Origin: an uncultured Nitrososphaeraceae archaeon
GTDB taxonomy: Archaea; Thermoproteota; Nitrososphaeria; Nitrososphaerales; Nitrososphaeraceae
Length of the DNA stretch: 44,909 nt
Assembly: GCA_963728595.1 (NCBI GenBank)
Contig: CAVSLF010000002.1
Span: forward strand, 1 to 44,909
Direction: 5' to 3'
In this document: in pieces, positions 1 to 11,055 of the stretch
Position numbering within the stretch: the first letter of the stretch is position 1
Layout of the letters: each line of letters opens with the position of its first letter
Notes under the pieces: generated by a model
What the model was told of the DNA's origin: nothing
Database searches by the model: none
What the model saw: the letters and a program-made list of their open reading frames with translations, nothing else
Position numbers and translations under genes: made by a program

Positions 1-262
1 AATGTAATGAACGACGTAGAACCAGAAGCTTGGTGCGAGATGATCGAGTCAACCAATCCGAGTTTGCATCCAACAAGTGATATTGTGGCATACACAAGGT
101 AAAACGTATCTTTCTAAATTTGATGGACATGGAAAAGGAAAAACCATGACGAACTTCGGATATGCGAATTTAATGGTCAGAATTTTGAGTTGGTGTCAGG
201 CCAGTTATTGAGTACCAGAAATGAATTAATAAATAAAACAAAAAGATGTGAAATAATTGAAC

Positions 263-556
263 CTACTTTGCTCCTACTCCTTCCTTAATTTCACCACTTA
301 TGTTACCAAGGACAGTTCCAGCTCCGCCAATTATTTTCTTGGCTACCTCACCTGTCTGGTTTAAAAGTGATGAGCCTGCGTCACTTGCGTTTTTACCTAA
401 TTCATTTGCAGTTGCATTCACCGATTCGCCTGTCTTATTCATTGCGTTTGAGGCATTTGTAGTGGCGTTTTGAGCTGCCACACTGCTTGTTGTTATCGCG
501 AGCAGAAAAATTGACAAAGCTATTCCTATCACTGAGATTTCTTTCTTCATTGACAT
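263..556 (-). CDS. Small secreted N/A/T-rich protein
   Basis: Hydrophobic signal peptide ending in AAQ, followed by low-complexity NAT/NAS segments typical of Nitrososphaeraceae exported proteins. Confidence 0.7.
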   Translation of the reverse strand: MSMKKEISVIGIALSIFLLAITTSSVAAQNATTNASNAMNKTGESVNATANELGKNASDAGSSLLNQTGEVAKKIIGGAGTVLGNISGEIKEGVGAK

Positions 557-1180
557 GATATGAGCAGGATACCATTTAACTCTTGTATACTAACCATTAT
601 TTTCATTTAATTCCTATCCCTATGGTCAGTGCGGAATACGTTAGCAAATGTAATAAAACATCGGATGCGACAGAATATCGAAGACGCGTCTTCAACGAGT
701 TTGGAGTTTACAGTTCTCCCCACGCCAGTTTTAATTTTCATCAAAACCAAGTCTGGGAGGCAATAAGTCAACTCTTATTAGATAGAGCAAGTTCATAATT
801 GATCTTCAGCACATTTGGTTATCGTCTAGTGATTGTCAAGCAATTTCGAATTTGTTACATACCTTCGGTGTCCTAAATGAGAGAATTGTTAGCGTTTGCT
901 AGCACGGCATGGAAAGACAGGGAAAAAAGGTAAGGTCACGAGTTCATACCTTCCATCTTGGGACCAAATTAACGTATTAACTCATGTCCGATCCCTCTAA
1001 CATTCATATTACATTGTGAATTATTAAAAAATCTTAGATATGTGCACTTGTTATCTTTTAGGCTTTCAGGTTTGACGGTTTTTCGAATAAAAGCTTTAGA
1101 TGATGTGAGTTAAAATGGATCTAATTTCTGTGGAACATGTTTATAAGATCAATAATGTTTATAAAATTGTCTTGTTTTGA

Positions 1181-2072
1181 ATGGAAAACTCATTATTGTG
1201 TCCAATCTGCAATAGTCCTTTAATATCAGATCTAGAGTGTGGGGAGGTCTTTTGCAGCACATGCGGCATAGTCACAGTGGATAGAACGGAACAAACAGGG
1301 CCTGAATGGCGTAATTTCAATTCTAGCGAAAATACTAATCGGCAACGAACAGGAACTCCCTTTTCGCTTGCTCGTCATGATAAAGGGCTATACACTGTTA
1401 TAGGGAATGGCAAAGAAGCTGGTGGTCACGAAATAGACAACTATCTCTATCCTTCAGTGCGCAGGTTAAGAACGTTGGATAGCAGGACACAAATAGATGC
1501 ATCAACTAGAAATCTCAAAGAGGCTTTTAACCAACTTGATAGGTTGAAGTACAAACTTGGATTATCAGATAGCGTTGTTGAAAAGGTTGCTTATATCTAT
1601 AGGAAGGCGCATGAAAAAAAATTGGTACGGGGTAGAACGATTTCTGGAGTATTGGGTGGCAGCAGTATATATAGCATGCAGAGAAACTGGAAACCCCCGA
1701 ACTATGAAAGACGTTGCTAAAGTAATAAATGTCACTCATAGGGAGCTTAGAAAAAATTACGGGATCCTTGTGTTGGGCCTTGATTTGAAAATACCGTTAG
1801 TAGATCCAATGAATTGTATTAATCGGGTAGCGAATAAGATAGGGATAAGTGAGAAGACCCGACGCCACGCCATGGATCTAATGTCTGTTGTTACTGAAAG
1901 CAGAGAATCTAATGGTAAAAATCCAATGGGGCTCGCAGCAACGGTGCTTTATCTGTCATGTTTAGCCTTAGGAGAATATAGAACTCAGCTAATATTTGCA
2001 GAAGCGGGCGGTGTGACAGAGGTCACCATCAGGAACCTAGTCAAGGGTATACGAAAACAATGTATTATTTAA
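1181..2072 (+). CDS. tfb: Transcription initiation factor IIB (TFB paralogue), split by one extra G at ~1654-1656
   Basis: Zn ribbon CPIC..CSTCG, GPEWR B-finder, RGR...AAVYIACR and GKNPMGLAATVLY...GVTEVTIRN cyclin repeats; removing one G from TTGGGTG joins ORFs 1181..1720 and 1557..2072. Confidence 0.93.
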
Positions 2073-2909
2073 AAACTATTTGAAGTGCCCTGTGATTGAA
2101 TGATAATTCCCAAGTCATTAGATGTGAGTAAGGAGAACGTCAGCAAGATGAGTATAAAGCTATTGAAAGTTAATTGGTTGTCTCAAACTGGAACTATATA
2201 ACAAATTGATTGCGATGTAATCGCAACCGGATTTTTGTTGAATCCATAGATTACAGGCAAGCCAGGATTCTCTCAGGAATTGTATGGTCAGGTCACTTCG
2301 TCAATTCTTAGTTTGTGGATTTACCCTCATCAAATGCTTCAATTTTTGTGGGGAGGACAGAATTGGAAGTTGCATACGCCAGTTGAGAAACGACAGAAAT
2401 ATACCGACAGTAAATGTAGCTACAAGGAAATAAGCAAATGATTCATAAAAAGGATTTATTTTCGCATTTTTGGCTGTAAAGAAATAAGGTCATCGTCGGT
2501 TCGTATTATCCAATTTACCAAATGCTCATCGATTTTATGGTATTTAGACAGGTGTTCCTTCCGCATATGCAACGGTATTTCTAGCTTACAAACCCCACAG
2601 ATCATTCAGGTCTTAACGAGAGGTTATCTGAGGTTCTACTTAAAGAAGCTTATATTAAAATAATATGGTTTTTAAGTAAGCAAAAATTTGACTTTCAAAG
2701 TATTTAAAGATTGATAAGAATTAGTGAGGGCTATGAAATTCAACTTAATCTGTTATGAAGATCAGTCAAATTTTATTTTTGGAGAGAAGAATATTTATCT
2801 CGAAGCATCTTTCCTTCTTTTTTGGAGCTGCGATCAAAGGCTGTCCATCATATTGAACTTCAGTATAGTCAATTTCCCAGTGTCCCAGGCGGAATTTTAC
2901 CCCAACTTT

Positions 2910-3290
2910 TCAGATTTTACAATCCATCGTCCAGACTTCCTCCCCAGGTACTAAGATACCTGCAAATATTCCCTTTCTATAGACTTTGGCATGTTCCTTA
3001 CTACTTCCAATCAATGACAGCAGGATATTGTCCTTCTGATGGTAACCAGCTTCTATCACCTTCATATTTAGCTTCCCACTTGCCTTCACGATAATTTTTC
3101 GGGCGTCAGACCAATTCCCCTTCCATGATAAGACTTCAAAATTTCCAAAATGAAAAGTCGAAATGGAATATCCCTCAAGCTCACAATTGAAACTATTGTT
3201 ATTTTTTTTGGAAAATGAATTCATCCACTCTACCGCTTTGGTTCCCATACCTTCCTCAACGGCAAAGTTATCTGCATTTGGCAATGTCAC
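2910..3290 (-). CDS. Hypothetical protein
   Basis: 126-aa ORF with protein-like composition; the overlapping + strand ORFs look like shadows. Confidence 0.6.
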   Translation of the reverse strand: MTLPNADNFAVEEGMGTKAVEWMNSFSKKNNNSFNCELEGYSISTFHFGNFEVLSWKGNWSDARKIIVKASGKLNMKVIEAGYHQKDNILLSLIGSSKEHAKVYRKGIFAGILVPGEEVWTMDCKI

Positions 3291-3854
3291 ATATCTTGCG
3301 GCTCTGTTATTTTAAGGAATTCGACCATGAAAGTTGTCGACAGACAGATGGGTGCGAGCTAGTTTGTATCATTCAAGATTGAAATAGTATTCTCTGGCTT
3401 TATTTGTAAAGTTTGTTTTGATGTTGAATGCGTTCCTTAATTAGATCATGTAATTCTACACGCAACAGATGTTTATAGTTCTGTCTGTTTGGTAAATTCA
3501 AATTTATCAAAACATGCTCGTATTCCTGTCCCAGTTCATTTAAGTTCACATACCAAACAGCCAATGTAATCTAAAAAATGCCGCCGTCCGTGATTCGATC
3601 TTATGCATCTTATAAAATCCTAAATTTAGGCACAGTAATACCACAGACAGAGCAAGTTTTAACACCTGCTCATCATAGTGATTATTAGGACTATTGACCG
3701 ATCATTTGTTATACATATTTTCATACAGATGAAATTAAATAAATTTTTCATGGTATTTTACATTGTCGAGTTTGTACCTATTAACAGCATCTCATTAAAT
3801 TCTTCTAGGATATGAGAGTGAGCCATTAAAAGACCAAATCAATTCCAATGCCCA

Positions 3855-4424
3855 TTATTGATGATTAGGCTTTTTGGCAACTGCATCGACGGTATATGTG
3901 ACTGTAAAAGGTTCCCCACTTGTTTTATGAAACACCAATGCGCTTCCAGTGAACGCCAATGAACCAGTGCTAATAGGCGTATCAGTTACCCTCACAGGTG
4001 TATCCGTAAACATGGTCATTGTAGAAAGTGCGATCGTCTGATTAGTTGGAAGTGTTGCATGATAGGGTTCGCCATGTTGTGCATCGGGTAGAATATTGGG
4101 ATCATAATTATGAAGCACCTCTATCTCAATAGGCTTACTTGCTGTAAAGGTAACAACGCCTGTCCATATCTTACCATCATCTCTAAGGGGAAGAGCGAAC
4201 ACCGTCTGGTGTGGGAGTTTACCCGGTGGGGTAACCATTGGAGATGCTGGAACAGACATCTCTGTTTTCTGTGAAATATAAGTATCGTTACTCGGTGTGT
4301 TATCAGACGTAATTTCCATAGACGTCTGCGCAGATGCGGAAAACGAAGTGTTGGTACAAACGAATCCACCAAGAACTAGTATCGCGCCAACTATTATCAG
4401 AATATTTATTTTACAAACAAACAT
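3855..4424 (-). CDS. Exported hypothetical protein
   Basis: Signal peptide ending ASAQ, followed by a beta-rich globular domain. Confidence 0.75.
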   Translation of the reverse strand: MFVCKINILIIVGAILVLGGFVCTNTSFSASAQTSMEITSDNTPSNDTYISQKTEMSVPASPMVTPPGKLPHQTVFALPLRDDGKIWTGVVTFTASKPIEIEVLHNYDPNILPDAQHGEPYHATLPTNQTIALSTMTMFTDTPVRVTDTPISTGSLAFTGSALVFHKTSGEPFTVTYTVDAVAKKPNHQ

Positions 4425-4747
4425 GGCTGTAGATAATCTCTGGGGTAAATAAACTATTCATGTCTGAATCCATTTATTATCTAGTTAAGATCTCAGGGTA
4501 ATATGTGAGCAGAACGTTGCACGTTTCCCAATGCCCAAAAGCTTTCGTGCGGAAAGCTGCCGCAGAGAAAAGTCAAAGGGTAATACAGATTTATCGCCAA
4601 ACAAGAATCTGGATGATTTTGGAGCGCCTATTTTTTTTCAATTGATATAGCCGGCTCTATTGTCAGAAAAATCTTTATGCAACCAAGTTAGTCCAAAATC
4701 ATCTGTCAATCGGCAAGCAGATAGACCACAAAACAACACTGAGGTAT

Positions 4748-5518
4748 ATGACTTTGTTTATGGTTGCCTCAGTAGTGATTGCTAATTCCATAATAGTTTT
4801 TTCGGATCCGATTTATAGATATCCTACCATTCTGTGGATTTTAAACATAACTGGATCAGTTGCTTCGGGTCTGGGTTTGGTTGCTGTATACCGACATGGA
4901 CTTCTTGGACCTCATGGAAAATCCTACTTATTTCTTACTATTGGCCTCGTTAGTTGGTTGTCAGCTCACTTAACCCTCACATACTATTATTATGCCTTAG
5001 GGATAGAAGAGGGAAGATTAATTTCTTTTGCAGACATGTTCTGGATAAGCGGTTATGTCTTTCTCGCCTTACATCTGATTATAACACTCAAATCCTTGAA
5101 GAATAAAATCAACCTTGGAATTATAATTATAGCATCCAGCGCTACTTTGTTACTAATTGCTTATGACATAATTAATTTAACTCCATCATTTTTTCTTACA
5201 GATGAAGACCTGGCAGCGTTTGTCCTAACTATTGCTTATCCTATTTTGGATTTGTCATTAATAATTCCGTCTGCAACAATCCTTGTAAACTTGAGAAAAG
5301 ATTATCAGCAGGCGATTCCATGGTTTCTCTCTTCATTATCCTTATTAGTTAACGCTATCGCAGATGACGGATACGTACATGACTTTGTAAACCACAATTC
5401 CGATAATCTTTGGTTCTGGGATCTTTTCTATGTTACAGATTTTATTATTATGGCAGGTGCTCTTTTTTGGTATAACAAATTTCACATTTCAAATCAGTTG
5501 GTGAAAGCGAGAAATTAA
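4748..5518 (+). CDS. Polytopic (~7 TM) membrane protein resembling a sensor input domain
   Basis: Several TM helices with SFADMFWISGY and AYPILD motifs, as in membrane sensor modules of kinases/cyclases; no output domain. Confidence 0.7.
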   Translation: MTLFMVASVVIANSIIVFSDPIYRYPTILWILNITGSVASGLGLVAVYRHGLLGPHGKSYLFLTIGLVSWLSAHLTLTYYYYALGIEEGRLISFADMFWISGYVFLALHLIITLKSLKNKINLGIIIIASSATLLLIAYDIINLTPSFFLTDEDLAAFVLTIAYPILDLSLIIPSATILVNLRKDYQQAIPWFLSSLSLLVNAIADDGYVHDFVNHNSDNLWFWDLFYVTDFIIMAGALFWYNKFHISNQLVKARN

Positions 5519-5763
5519 TTTACTTCGTGACTAAATTTAAAACAAGGTAGTTTTGAATTTAAGGATTATATCGGGGGGAACTCCTGAAGTTTATGGATCC
5601 CTTATGAGTACGGCATGCGAATAGAATTATTATGAAATTTTACCTCGTACGAAGATTTTGATGTTCGGTCCTCCGTAGTCTGATGGAATAAAGGGTCAAT
5701 GATATCACAGTATTCAGGGGACCAGAGCATTAATATGCCTTCTTCACGTTGATATTAATCAGA

Positions 5764-6097
5764 ATGATGAAGGCAAAGTGTGGCCATATAGTTGAAAAAA
5801 GATATGCAGATGCTCATGATGGCCTATGCAGAAGATGTCATTCTAATTTTTCATTTATAATAGATTTAGAATCCAAGTACGGAGAAGATGCAGTAGTACA
5901 ATACTGGTATGCAATGATCCTTACTCAGCTATCATCAGGGGAAGACAGACAGAGGTACTGACTGCCTGATTGAGCACTTGATTGCCTTTTATCAAAGAGA
6001 ATTAATCTTGGTTCCATCGAAGGACAGGTATATCAAAAGGATGTTATACATGCTGACTTCATTACTGCACCCATTTGATATGAAATCTTTAGAATGA
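5764..6097 (+). CDS. Hypothetical Zn-binding protein, frameshifted at ~5954
   Basis: CGH...CRRC motif; dropping one G continues the frame as TDCLIEHLIAFYQRELILVPSKDRYIKRMLYMLTSLLHPFDMKSLE*; end coordinate approximate. Confidence 0.6.
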
Positions 6098-6652
6098 TAA
6101 TTGAACTGAAAAACGAGTATAGTTATCAAATGTCAAACCAAAAGGTTTCAAACAGACAGTTGCAGTTTTTATCATAACAATAATTTCGAATACAGGAATT
6201 TCCATACTTAATTATTTTCCTAATCCATTGGCCAAGCTTTCAATGAATCCAAAAATGGATAATTTGTTCTGGTTCAAAATATGACATATCCGCCAGATTA
6301 TGAGTACATTCACAATGCATTAGTAAATCATTAAAGTATGAGGCAGGCAGACATAAGCAATTTAGAAATTATCTTGTGCCAGGCAATAAGACGGAAGATA
6401 TCATCTCAACAGATCTGTTATCGTCTGGTTTCCTTATTCCAAATTCCTTTCAATGCCTTGAACATTGTTATTTATAGCAGTAACGTGATATATTAATGAC
6501 TTAGCTAAAATATTAGTTCTAACAACTGCGTGCATAATCAATTCCTATTTGGAGTGAATTGTCTGATTTATAACAATTAACGATTCAAGTATCTGATCCT
6601 CAACATGGTCCTTTAATCCAGCTACAATCTAGCCAACGATTATAGTGAATCG

Positions 6653-6979
6653 TCAAATTATATTGACTGAGTAATAGGTTATCATTATATCGTCTTGTTT
6701 AAACCTGACTTTCAACTTTTTTTTATAATTCTTTAAGAATTTAATCGTTTCATCCGATTTGTCGGCTATCACTTCAAAGCCTGCAGATGGTTCCTCGTTC
6801 AACCGACCCATTTCATCCTTCCAACTTCCCGTGGTAGGTACTAGTTCAGTTTTTCCGCCGAAGGTGTCATGCAATTCCTCTTTGGTCTTGAGAAATAATG
6901 ATCGTTCGATGCGAGATTTATCGTTATACAACAAGGGTAAAATAATTCTTATTGAAATCTTCACTTTTTTAGAATTCAA
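6653..6979 (-). CDS. DUF3574-like / PII-like small protein
   Basis: FGGKT...GSWKDEMG...E...YKKKLKVRFKQDDIMI pattern. Confidence 0.55.
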   Translation of the reverse strand: MNSKKVKISIRIILPLLYNDKSRIERSLFLKTKEELHDTFGGKTELVPTTGSWKDEMGRLNEEPSAGFEVIADKSDETIKFLKNYKKKLKVRFKQDDIMITYYSVNII

Positions 6980-7056
6980 GTATCAGAATATTCCTACATG
7001 GAGACATACATTCCAAGGAAAATCAGTAAGTGTACCAATTGTGTCCAACGAATGCA

Positions 7057-7209
7057 TTACTCCTCTGAAAAGTATTTTGCGATTATGTTTTGCATTTTCA
7101 ATTTCACGACATCCTTGTCACTTAAAGTTTCAGGATGTTTTTCATTTAAATGTCTTACCACAAATCTAACTTTGTCTCCACATAGCCTACATTTTGATTT
7201 TCCAAACAT
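7057..7209 (-). CDS. 50-aa C2H2 Zn-finger protein (not in ORF track)
   Basis: MFGKSKCRLCGDKVRFVVRHLNEKHPETLSDKDVVKLKMQNIIAKYFSEE*, giving C-x2-C-x9-H-x4-H. Confidence 0.75.
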   Translation of the reverse strand: MFGKSKCRLCGDKVRFVVRHLNEKHPETLSDKDVVKLKMQNIIAKYFSEE

Positions 7210-7372
7210 TCATTTGAAATTTGCATATTGGGATAGTAAAGTGTTGCTGTTTAGCGTGTTTTAAGACCGAGATGTCTCGAATTGGATGCTCACAAGGAAA
7301 AGCCTAGTGAATCTCTTTTTTTAGAGATATATTTCAACTTTGAAATTTTCTGTAAATTACTTTTTAAACCGA

Positions 7373-7786
7373 CTATCTTTCATTTGATAGTGTATTTATT
7401 TTTTTGATAAATGGATCTGCGATTCTATTACGGCCTACAACTCGAAATTTGTACTGCTTTCCATATAAATTGGCATAGAACTGTGAATAACTCTTAGCAG
7501 CCTCATATGTGGTAAAACTATGTCTTAAGCTATCAATATTAACCCTTTCGCCAAATACATCTACTATTTCTATGATGTAGGACTTTGGCAGTTTTTTCAC
7601 GTGGTTGACTATTATGTACACTGTGATTAGTAAAAAGGCAACTGCGACAAACATGACTAGTACATGCTCAAAACCCCTGACAAAGTTTAGTACATAGTTT
7701 ATTACATTTTGTTCCAGCCATCTGTACGCTATGCCGAAAAGCGCAACAAATGTATTCACAATCAAATCAAATATCACATTAGCCAC
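7373..7786 (-). CDS. Membrane-anchored hypothetical protein
   Basis: Two N-terminal hydrophobic segments followed by a soluble domain. Confidence 0.6.
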   Translation of the reverse strand: MANVIFDLIVNTFVALFGIAYRWLEQNVINYVLNFVRGFEHVLVMFVAVAFLLITVYIIVNHVKKLPKSYIIEIVDVFGERVNIDSLRHSFTTYEAAKSYSQFYANLYGKQYKFRVVGRNRIADPFIKKINTLSNER

Positions 7787-7933
7787 CTTGCCTCACTATA
7801 CAAATATTATTCACTGGATATTATATAAAGAACCTTAAATGTCTTTTAGCCGTCCTAATGATAATTTATGATGAAAATAACCATTTTTGTAAGCGTAGGT
7901 TAACTAATATACTGAATTATTGATATACTCCAT

Positions 7934-9094
7934 ATGTCTCTGGCCTTAGAAGAGGATACAATATACTCAAATTTCATTAATAGTTTGAGGTCTGTAAGAA
8001 CAAAGAAAGTTTATGATATGACGTTAAAGCAGTTTATGAAATTCCATGATATCGGGACATTTTCCTCTTTATTACTAACTAGGGATATTGAAGAAAAAAT
8101 AAAAGAGTATATTTTAGATATGGTCAACCGGGAAATTTCAACATCATATATGAATCTCTCCCTGGCATCTTTGAGGAATTTCTTTCAAATGAACGATATT
8201 GAAAATATAAAGTGGCACAAATTGAAAAGGTTCATGGGAGAAAAAACTCCTAATCATGAAGATAGACGGTATACTCATGAAGAGATTCAAACTTTGCTAA
8301 ATGCATCTGACTTGAGACTCAAAGTGGCAATGCTGCTAATGTCCTCTTCTGGCCTACGGTTGGGGGCCTTACCCACACTTTTAATGAAACATTTACAAAA
8401 AATAAATTCTATACCCGTCTATAAAATCAGTGTTTACAAAGGTTTGAAAGGCAAGGGCCAATACTATACCTTTTGTACACCTGAATGTGCCAGTGCCATT
8501 GACACCTATTTACAGTTTAGGGAGAGGTGTGGTGAGAAAATAACAGGTGATTCCCCGTTACTAAGAAAGGATTTCGATTCTTCATTTCATGAAAGTGCAA
8601 GGAATATGGTTTACGCTGCAACATATGACAGTATTAGAATAGACGTCTATACCTGCTTAATTAATACTGGATTGCGAACTGTTGACCATGTGAACTCTTC
8701 CAGAACTAGGAAGGATGTCAAAATGACACATGGTTTCAGAAAATTCTATGAATCCATGTTGGTGAACACTGGTATTCATGAAACCATAATACGCAAGTTA
8801 ACAGGACATTCAAATACCAGCAATCTCACTCAATTGTACTCAAAACAAACTGAAGAGGAAATGCTTGCAGAATACTCAAAGGCAATTAACAATCTAACAA
8901 TTAATCCCGAAAATAGATTAAAGCGTAAAATTGAAACTCTAGAAACCAGACAAGATGAAATCTTACTTATGAAATTAAATCATGATAAGGAGATTAAATC
9001 CCTACGAGAAGACGTACAAAGTGAGATGAAGCAGCAGATATCTGAACTCATTTCTAAATTGAAACCAGAGATGGTTCTTAAGGCATTGTCGTAA
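7934..9094 (+). CDS. Tyrosine recombinase/integrase with C-terminal coiled-coil extension
   Basis: Catalytic residues present: SSGLR (R), YKG (K), HGFRK (HxxR), LTGH (H) and QLY (Y); N-terminal SAM-like region. Confidence 0.92.
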   Translation: MSLALEEDTIYSNFINSLRSVRTKKVYDMTLKQFMKFHDIGTFSSLLLTRDIEEKIKEYILDMVNREISTSYMNLSLASLRNFFQMNDIENIKWHKLKRFMGEKTPNHEDRRYTHEEIQTLLNASDLRLKVAMLLMSSSGLRLGALPTLLMKHLQKINSIPVYKISVYKGLKGKGQYYTFCTPECASAIDTYLQFRERCGEKITGDSPLLRKDFDSSFHESARNMVYAATYDSIRIDVYTCLINTGLRTVDHVNSSRTRKDVKMTHGFRKFYESMLVNTGIHETIIRKLTGHSNTSNLTQLYSKQTEEEMLAEYSKAINNLTINPENRLKRKIETLETRQDEILLMKLNHDKEIKSLREDVQSEMKQQISELISKLKPEMVLKALS

Positions 9095-9101
9095 CGCCCA
9101 A

Positions 9102-9977
9102 TTACTGACTAGTTTTTTGCGGTGCAGTAGTATAAGATAACATTGGCATAATATACTTGTCCCAAAATGCATGGAAGAAAGTTTTTCCCACTGGACTCAG
9201 TAAATGAATGTCTCCATTATCGATATGTTCTTTATCTTCTTCACTAAAAACATATCCAAATATTTCCTTGCAAAAAAATTCCATATGTGGACAAAGTGCT
9301 TCGAGCAATTCTGGCTGCCACATTCGGCTGTACACTAATCCTGAGTACTCCAACACTATCTTGAATGACTTGGTCGTATCAGATAATGAAATAAGCCTGG
9401 TGGCTTCAATCATGTGTTTTAGGGCAATTTTGTCAGTGATTTCGAATGCGTTACCTTTTAGCGAACTTCCATAAAAGCTATAAAGCTTGGGTGCCATTGC
9501 AGTCATAATATCTACTACGGCATTTTTCGCTATGGCTATGATATTAGAGTCGCAAATTTCTTCGGGATACAAAAAATTATTCCATTTATTTTGGTCCAAA
9601 TTAGTGCGTACCGTTTCTTTAATTACGTCCTGTAATATCGGTACTTCAATTTCGTCTTCCTCAAGTTGATGTCGGATGCCGGGAAAAATCGAGTAAAAAT
9701 TGTTTTGGCTTATGAGATTTTTAATCTTTGGAATAATTAGTTGAAATTCAGTTAATTTGTGAGCCTTATCTTTCTTGGCAATTAACGCACCGTTGAACTC
9801 CAAGTATGAAATTATTCTCGCAAAGGTCTCGCGGCCCATTTCAGTCTGCGCGTTTTCTGTAGTTTTCGCAACCTCGTCATCTACAAGTTGTAGTAGGTCG
9901 GCCCTTCTAATGTATAAGCTTTGAGTTTCTATATAATATTTAAGCAAAACTTGTAAAACTAATAATTTATTTTCCAT
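9102..9977 (-). CDS. Hypothetical protein with probable N-terminal winged HTH
   Basis: IRRADLLQLV...MGRETFARIISYLEFNGALIAKK resembles a wHTH; divergent from the RHH gene at 10042. Confidence 0.55.
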   Translation of the reverse strand: MENKLLVLQVLLKYYIETQSLYIRRADLLQLVDDEVAKTTENAQTEMGRETFARIISYLEFNGALIAKKDKAHKLTEFQLIIPKIKNLISQNNFYSIFPGIRHQLEEDEIEVPILQDVIKETVRTNLDQNKWNNFLYPEEICDSNIIAIAKNAVVDIMTAMAPKLYSFYGSSLKGNAFEITDKIALKHMIEATRLISLSDTTKSFKIVLEYSGLVYSRMWQPELLEALCPHMEFFCKEIFGYVFSEEDKEHIDNGDIHLLSPVGKTFFHAFWDKYIMPMLSYTTAPQKTSQ

Positions 9978-10041
9978 TTTTTTGGTCTATCGTCTCGCAC
10001 GATATTAGACTAAAAGGTTACGGTCTTTATAACTATACCCT

Positions 10042-10209
10042 ATGGAACCTAAAAGAACCGGAGTAACCATAGCCAGTAAAATTCCAGAGAGCCTGATGAC
10101 ATTTGTTCAGAAAGCAGTGAACATTGGTGATTTTCTCACGTTGTCAGACTTCGTTCGACATGCAGTTAAGGAAAAACTCGAACGTGATGGGTACCGCTCC
10201 GCCCAATAA
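10042..10209 (+). CDS. 55-aa ribbon-helix-helix (CopG/MetJ-like) regulator (not in ORF track)
   Basis: MEPKRTGVTIASKIPESLMTFVQKAVNIGDFLTLSDFVRHAVKEKLERDGYRSAQ*: beta-strand VTIASKI, G-x-F-x-x-x-S-D-F-V-R-x-A turn-helix; TTTATAA about 15 bp upstream. Confidence 0.85.
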   Translation: MEPKRTGVTIASKIPESLMTFVQKAVNIGDFLTLSDFVRHAVKEKLERDGYRSAQ

Positions 10210-10211
10210 AG

Positions 10212-10400
10212 GTGATGTCCACGGCATCAAATAAACCTCTTGATAATCCCATCTGTGCGTACAAAGATTGTTCTACTAAATCCGACGTACTTCTCTTCCT
10301 TCCATTTGGATTCTCAATGCGATTTTGTAAGGATTGTGCAAACAAGTTGCTTGAATCTACGCTTGTTTGGGAGGGCGCTCAACAAGGTATGGAACAATGA
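10212..10400 (+). CDS. Small Zn-finger protein
   Basis: C-x4-C...FCKDCA; starts 2 bp after the RHH stop. Confidence 0.7.
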   Translation: MMSTASNKPLDNPICAYKDCSTKSDVLLFLPFGFSMRFCKDCANKLLESTLVWEGAQQGMEQ

Positions 10401-10522
10401 GTGACTGGGTAACCATGGCTGAGGAGAAGGCTCGCTTGTTATTCGTAAAAGATAAAATTGAAAAACAAAACTACTCGTGAACACTCTGGAGGAGGTTGGT
10501 GCCCGCTCCCAGAGTCTGATAT

Positions 10523-10837
10523 TTGCTCACAAGCCACAGGAGGATTGTGTACATGATTACTAGCGATACTATCGAGGATAAACCTTTTGGTTCTAACTTG
10601 ACCGCTTCTGATTTAGAGTTGCTAACTCTACTCCCGCATAGTATTGGTAATGAATACTATCTACTATTGTTAAATGGTAGCGAAGTTGACCGTATCAACT
10701 TTGAAAGTCATAGTACAAATATAGTTGTTGCAGTTCTGGAAATAATCAATCACCATCTGAAAAGTTTCAAGCTACGATTGGCGATAGAAGAACCTGTGTC
10801 TATCCGTGACCCATTAATGAGGTTCTTTGAATCATGA
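10523..10837 (+). CDS. Hypothetical protein of the element
   Basis: ATGA overlap with the next ORF; real start may be the ATG at ~10553. Confidence 0.55.
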   Translation: MLTSHRRIVYMITSDTIEDKPFGSNLTASDLELLTLLPHSIGNEYYLLLLNGSEVDRINFESHSTNIVVAVLEIINHHLKSFKLRLAIEEPVSIRDPLMRFFES

Positions 10838-11055
10838 TTACGTCTATCAAAGAGACAGACAAGGACTCTCAATCTGATGCTACAGATATTGCTGAAAATA
10901 ATTCGATTAAAAAGTTAAGAAAAAGGCAAGTTTCTGCTAAACCAAAGTTCAAAAAATTAACAAAGGACCAGGAGGATTTTCTGAACAGAACAGGACGCTA
11001 TGCGCCTTATCGGCCTGTGCGTACTGAAGCACAAGAGGAGGATTTCAGCAATTGA
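10834..11055 (+). CDS. Small basic hypothetical protein
   Basis: 4-bp overlaps with both neighbours, consistent with translational coupling to MCM. Confidence 0.55.
   Translation: MITSIKETDKDSQSDATDIAENNSIKKLRKRQVSAKPKFKKLTKDQEDFLNRTGRYAPYRPVRTEAQEEDFSN

Noticed and set aside
2100..2480. Possible decayed gene after tfb
   Set aside because: Multiple stops in the frames read and no family motif I can identify
6759..7264. + strand ORFs 6759..7169 and 6998..7264
   Set aside because: Antisense to better-supported minus-strand genes (6653..6979 and the 7057..7209 Zn finger)
7787..7933. att/dif site upstream of the integrase (ccttaaa...ttagc, weakly like rc 31154-31176)
   Set aside because: Match too short and degenerate in AT-rich DNA to support a boundary
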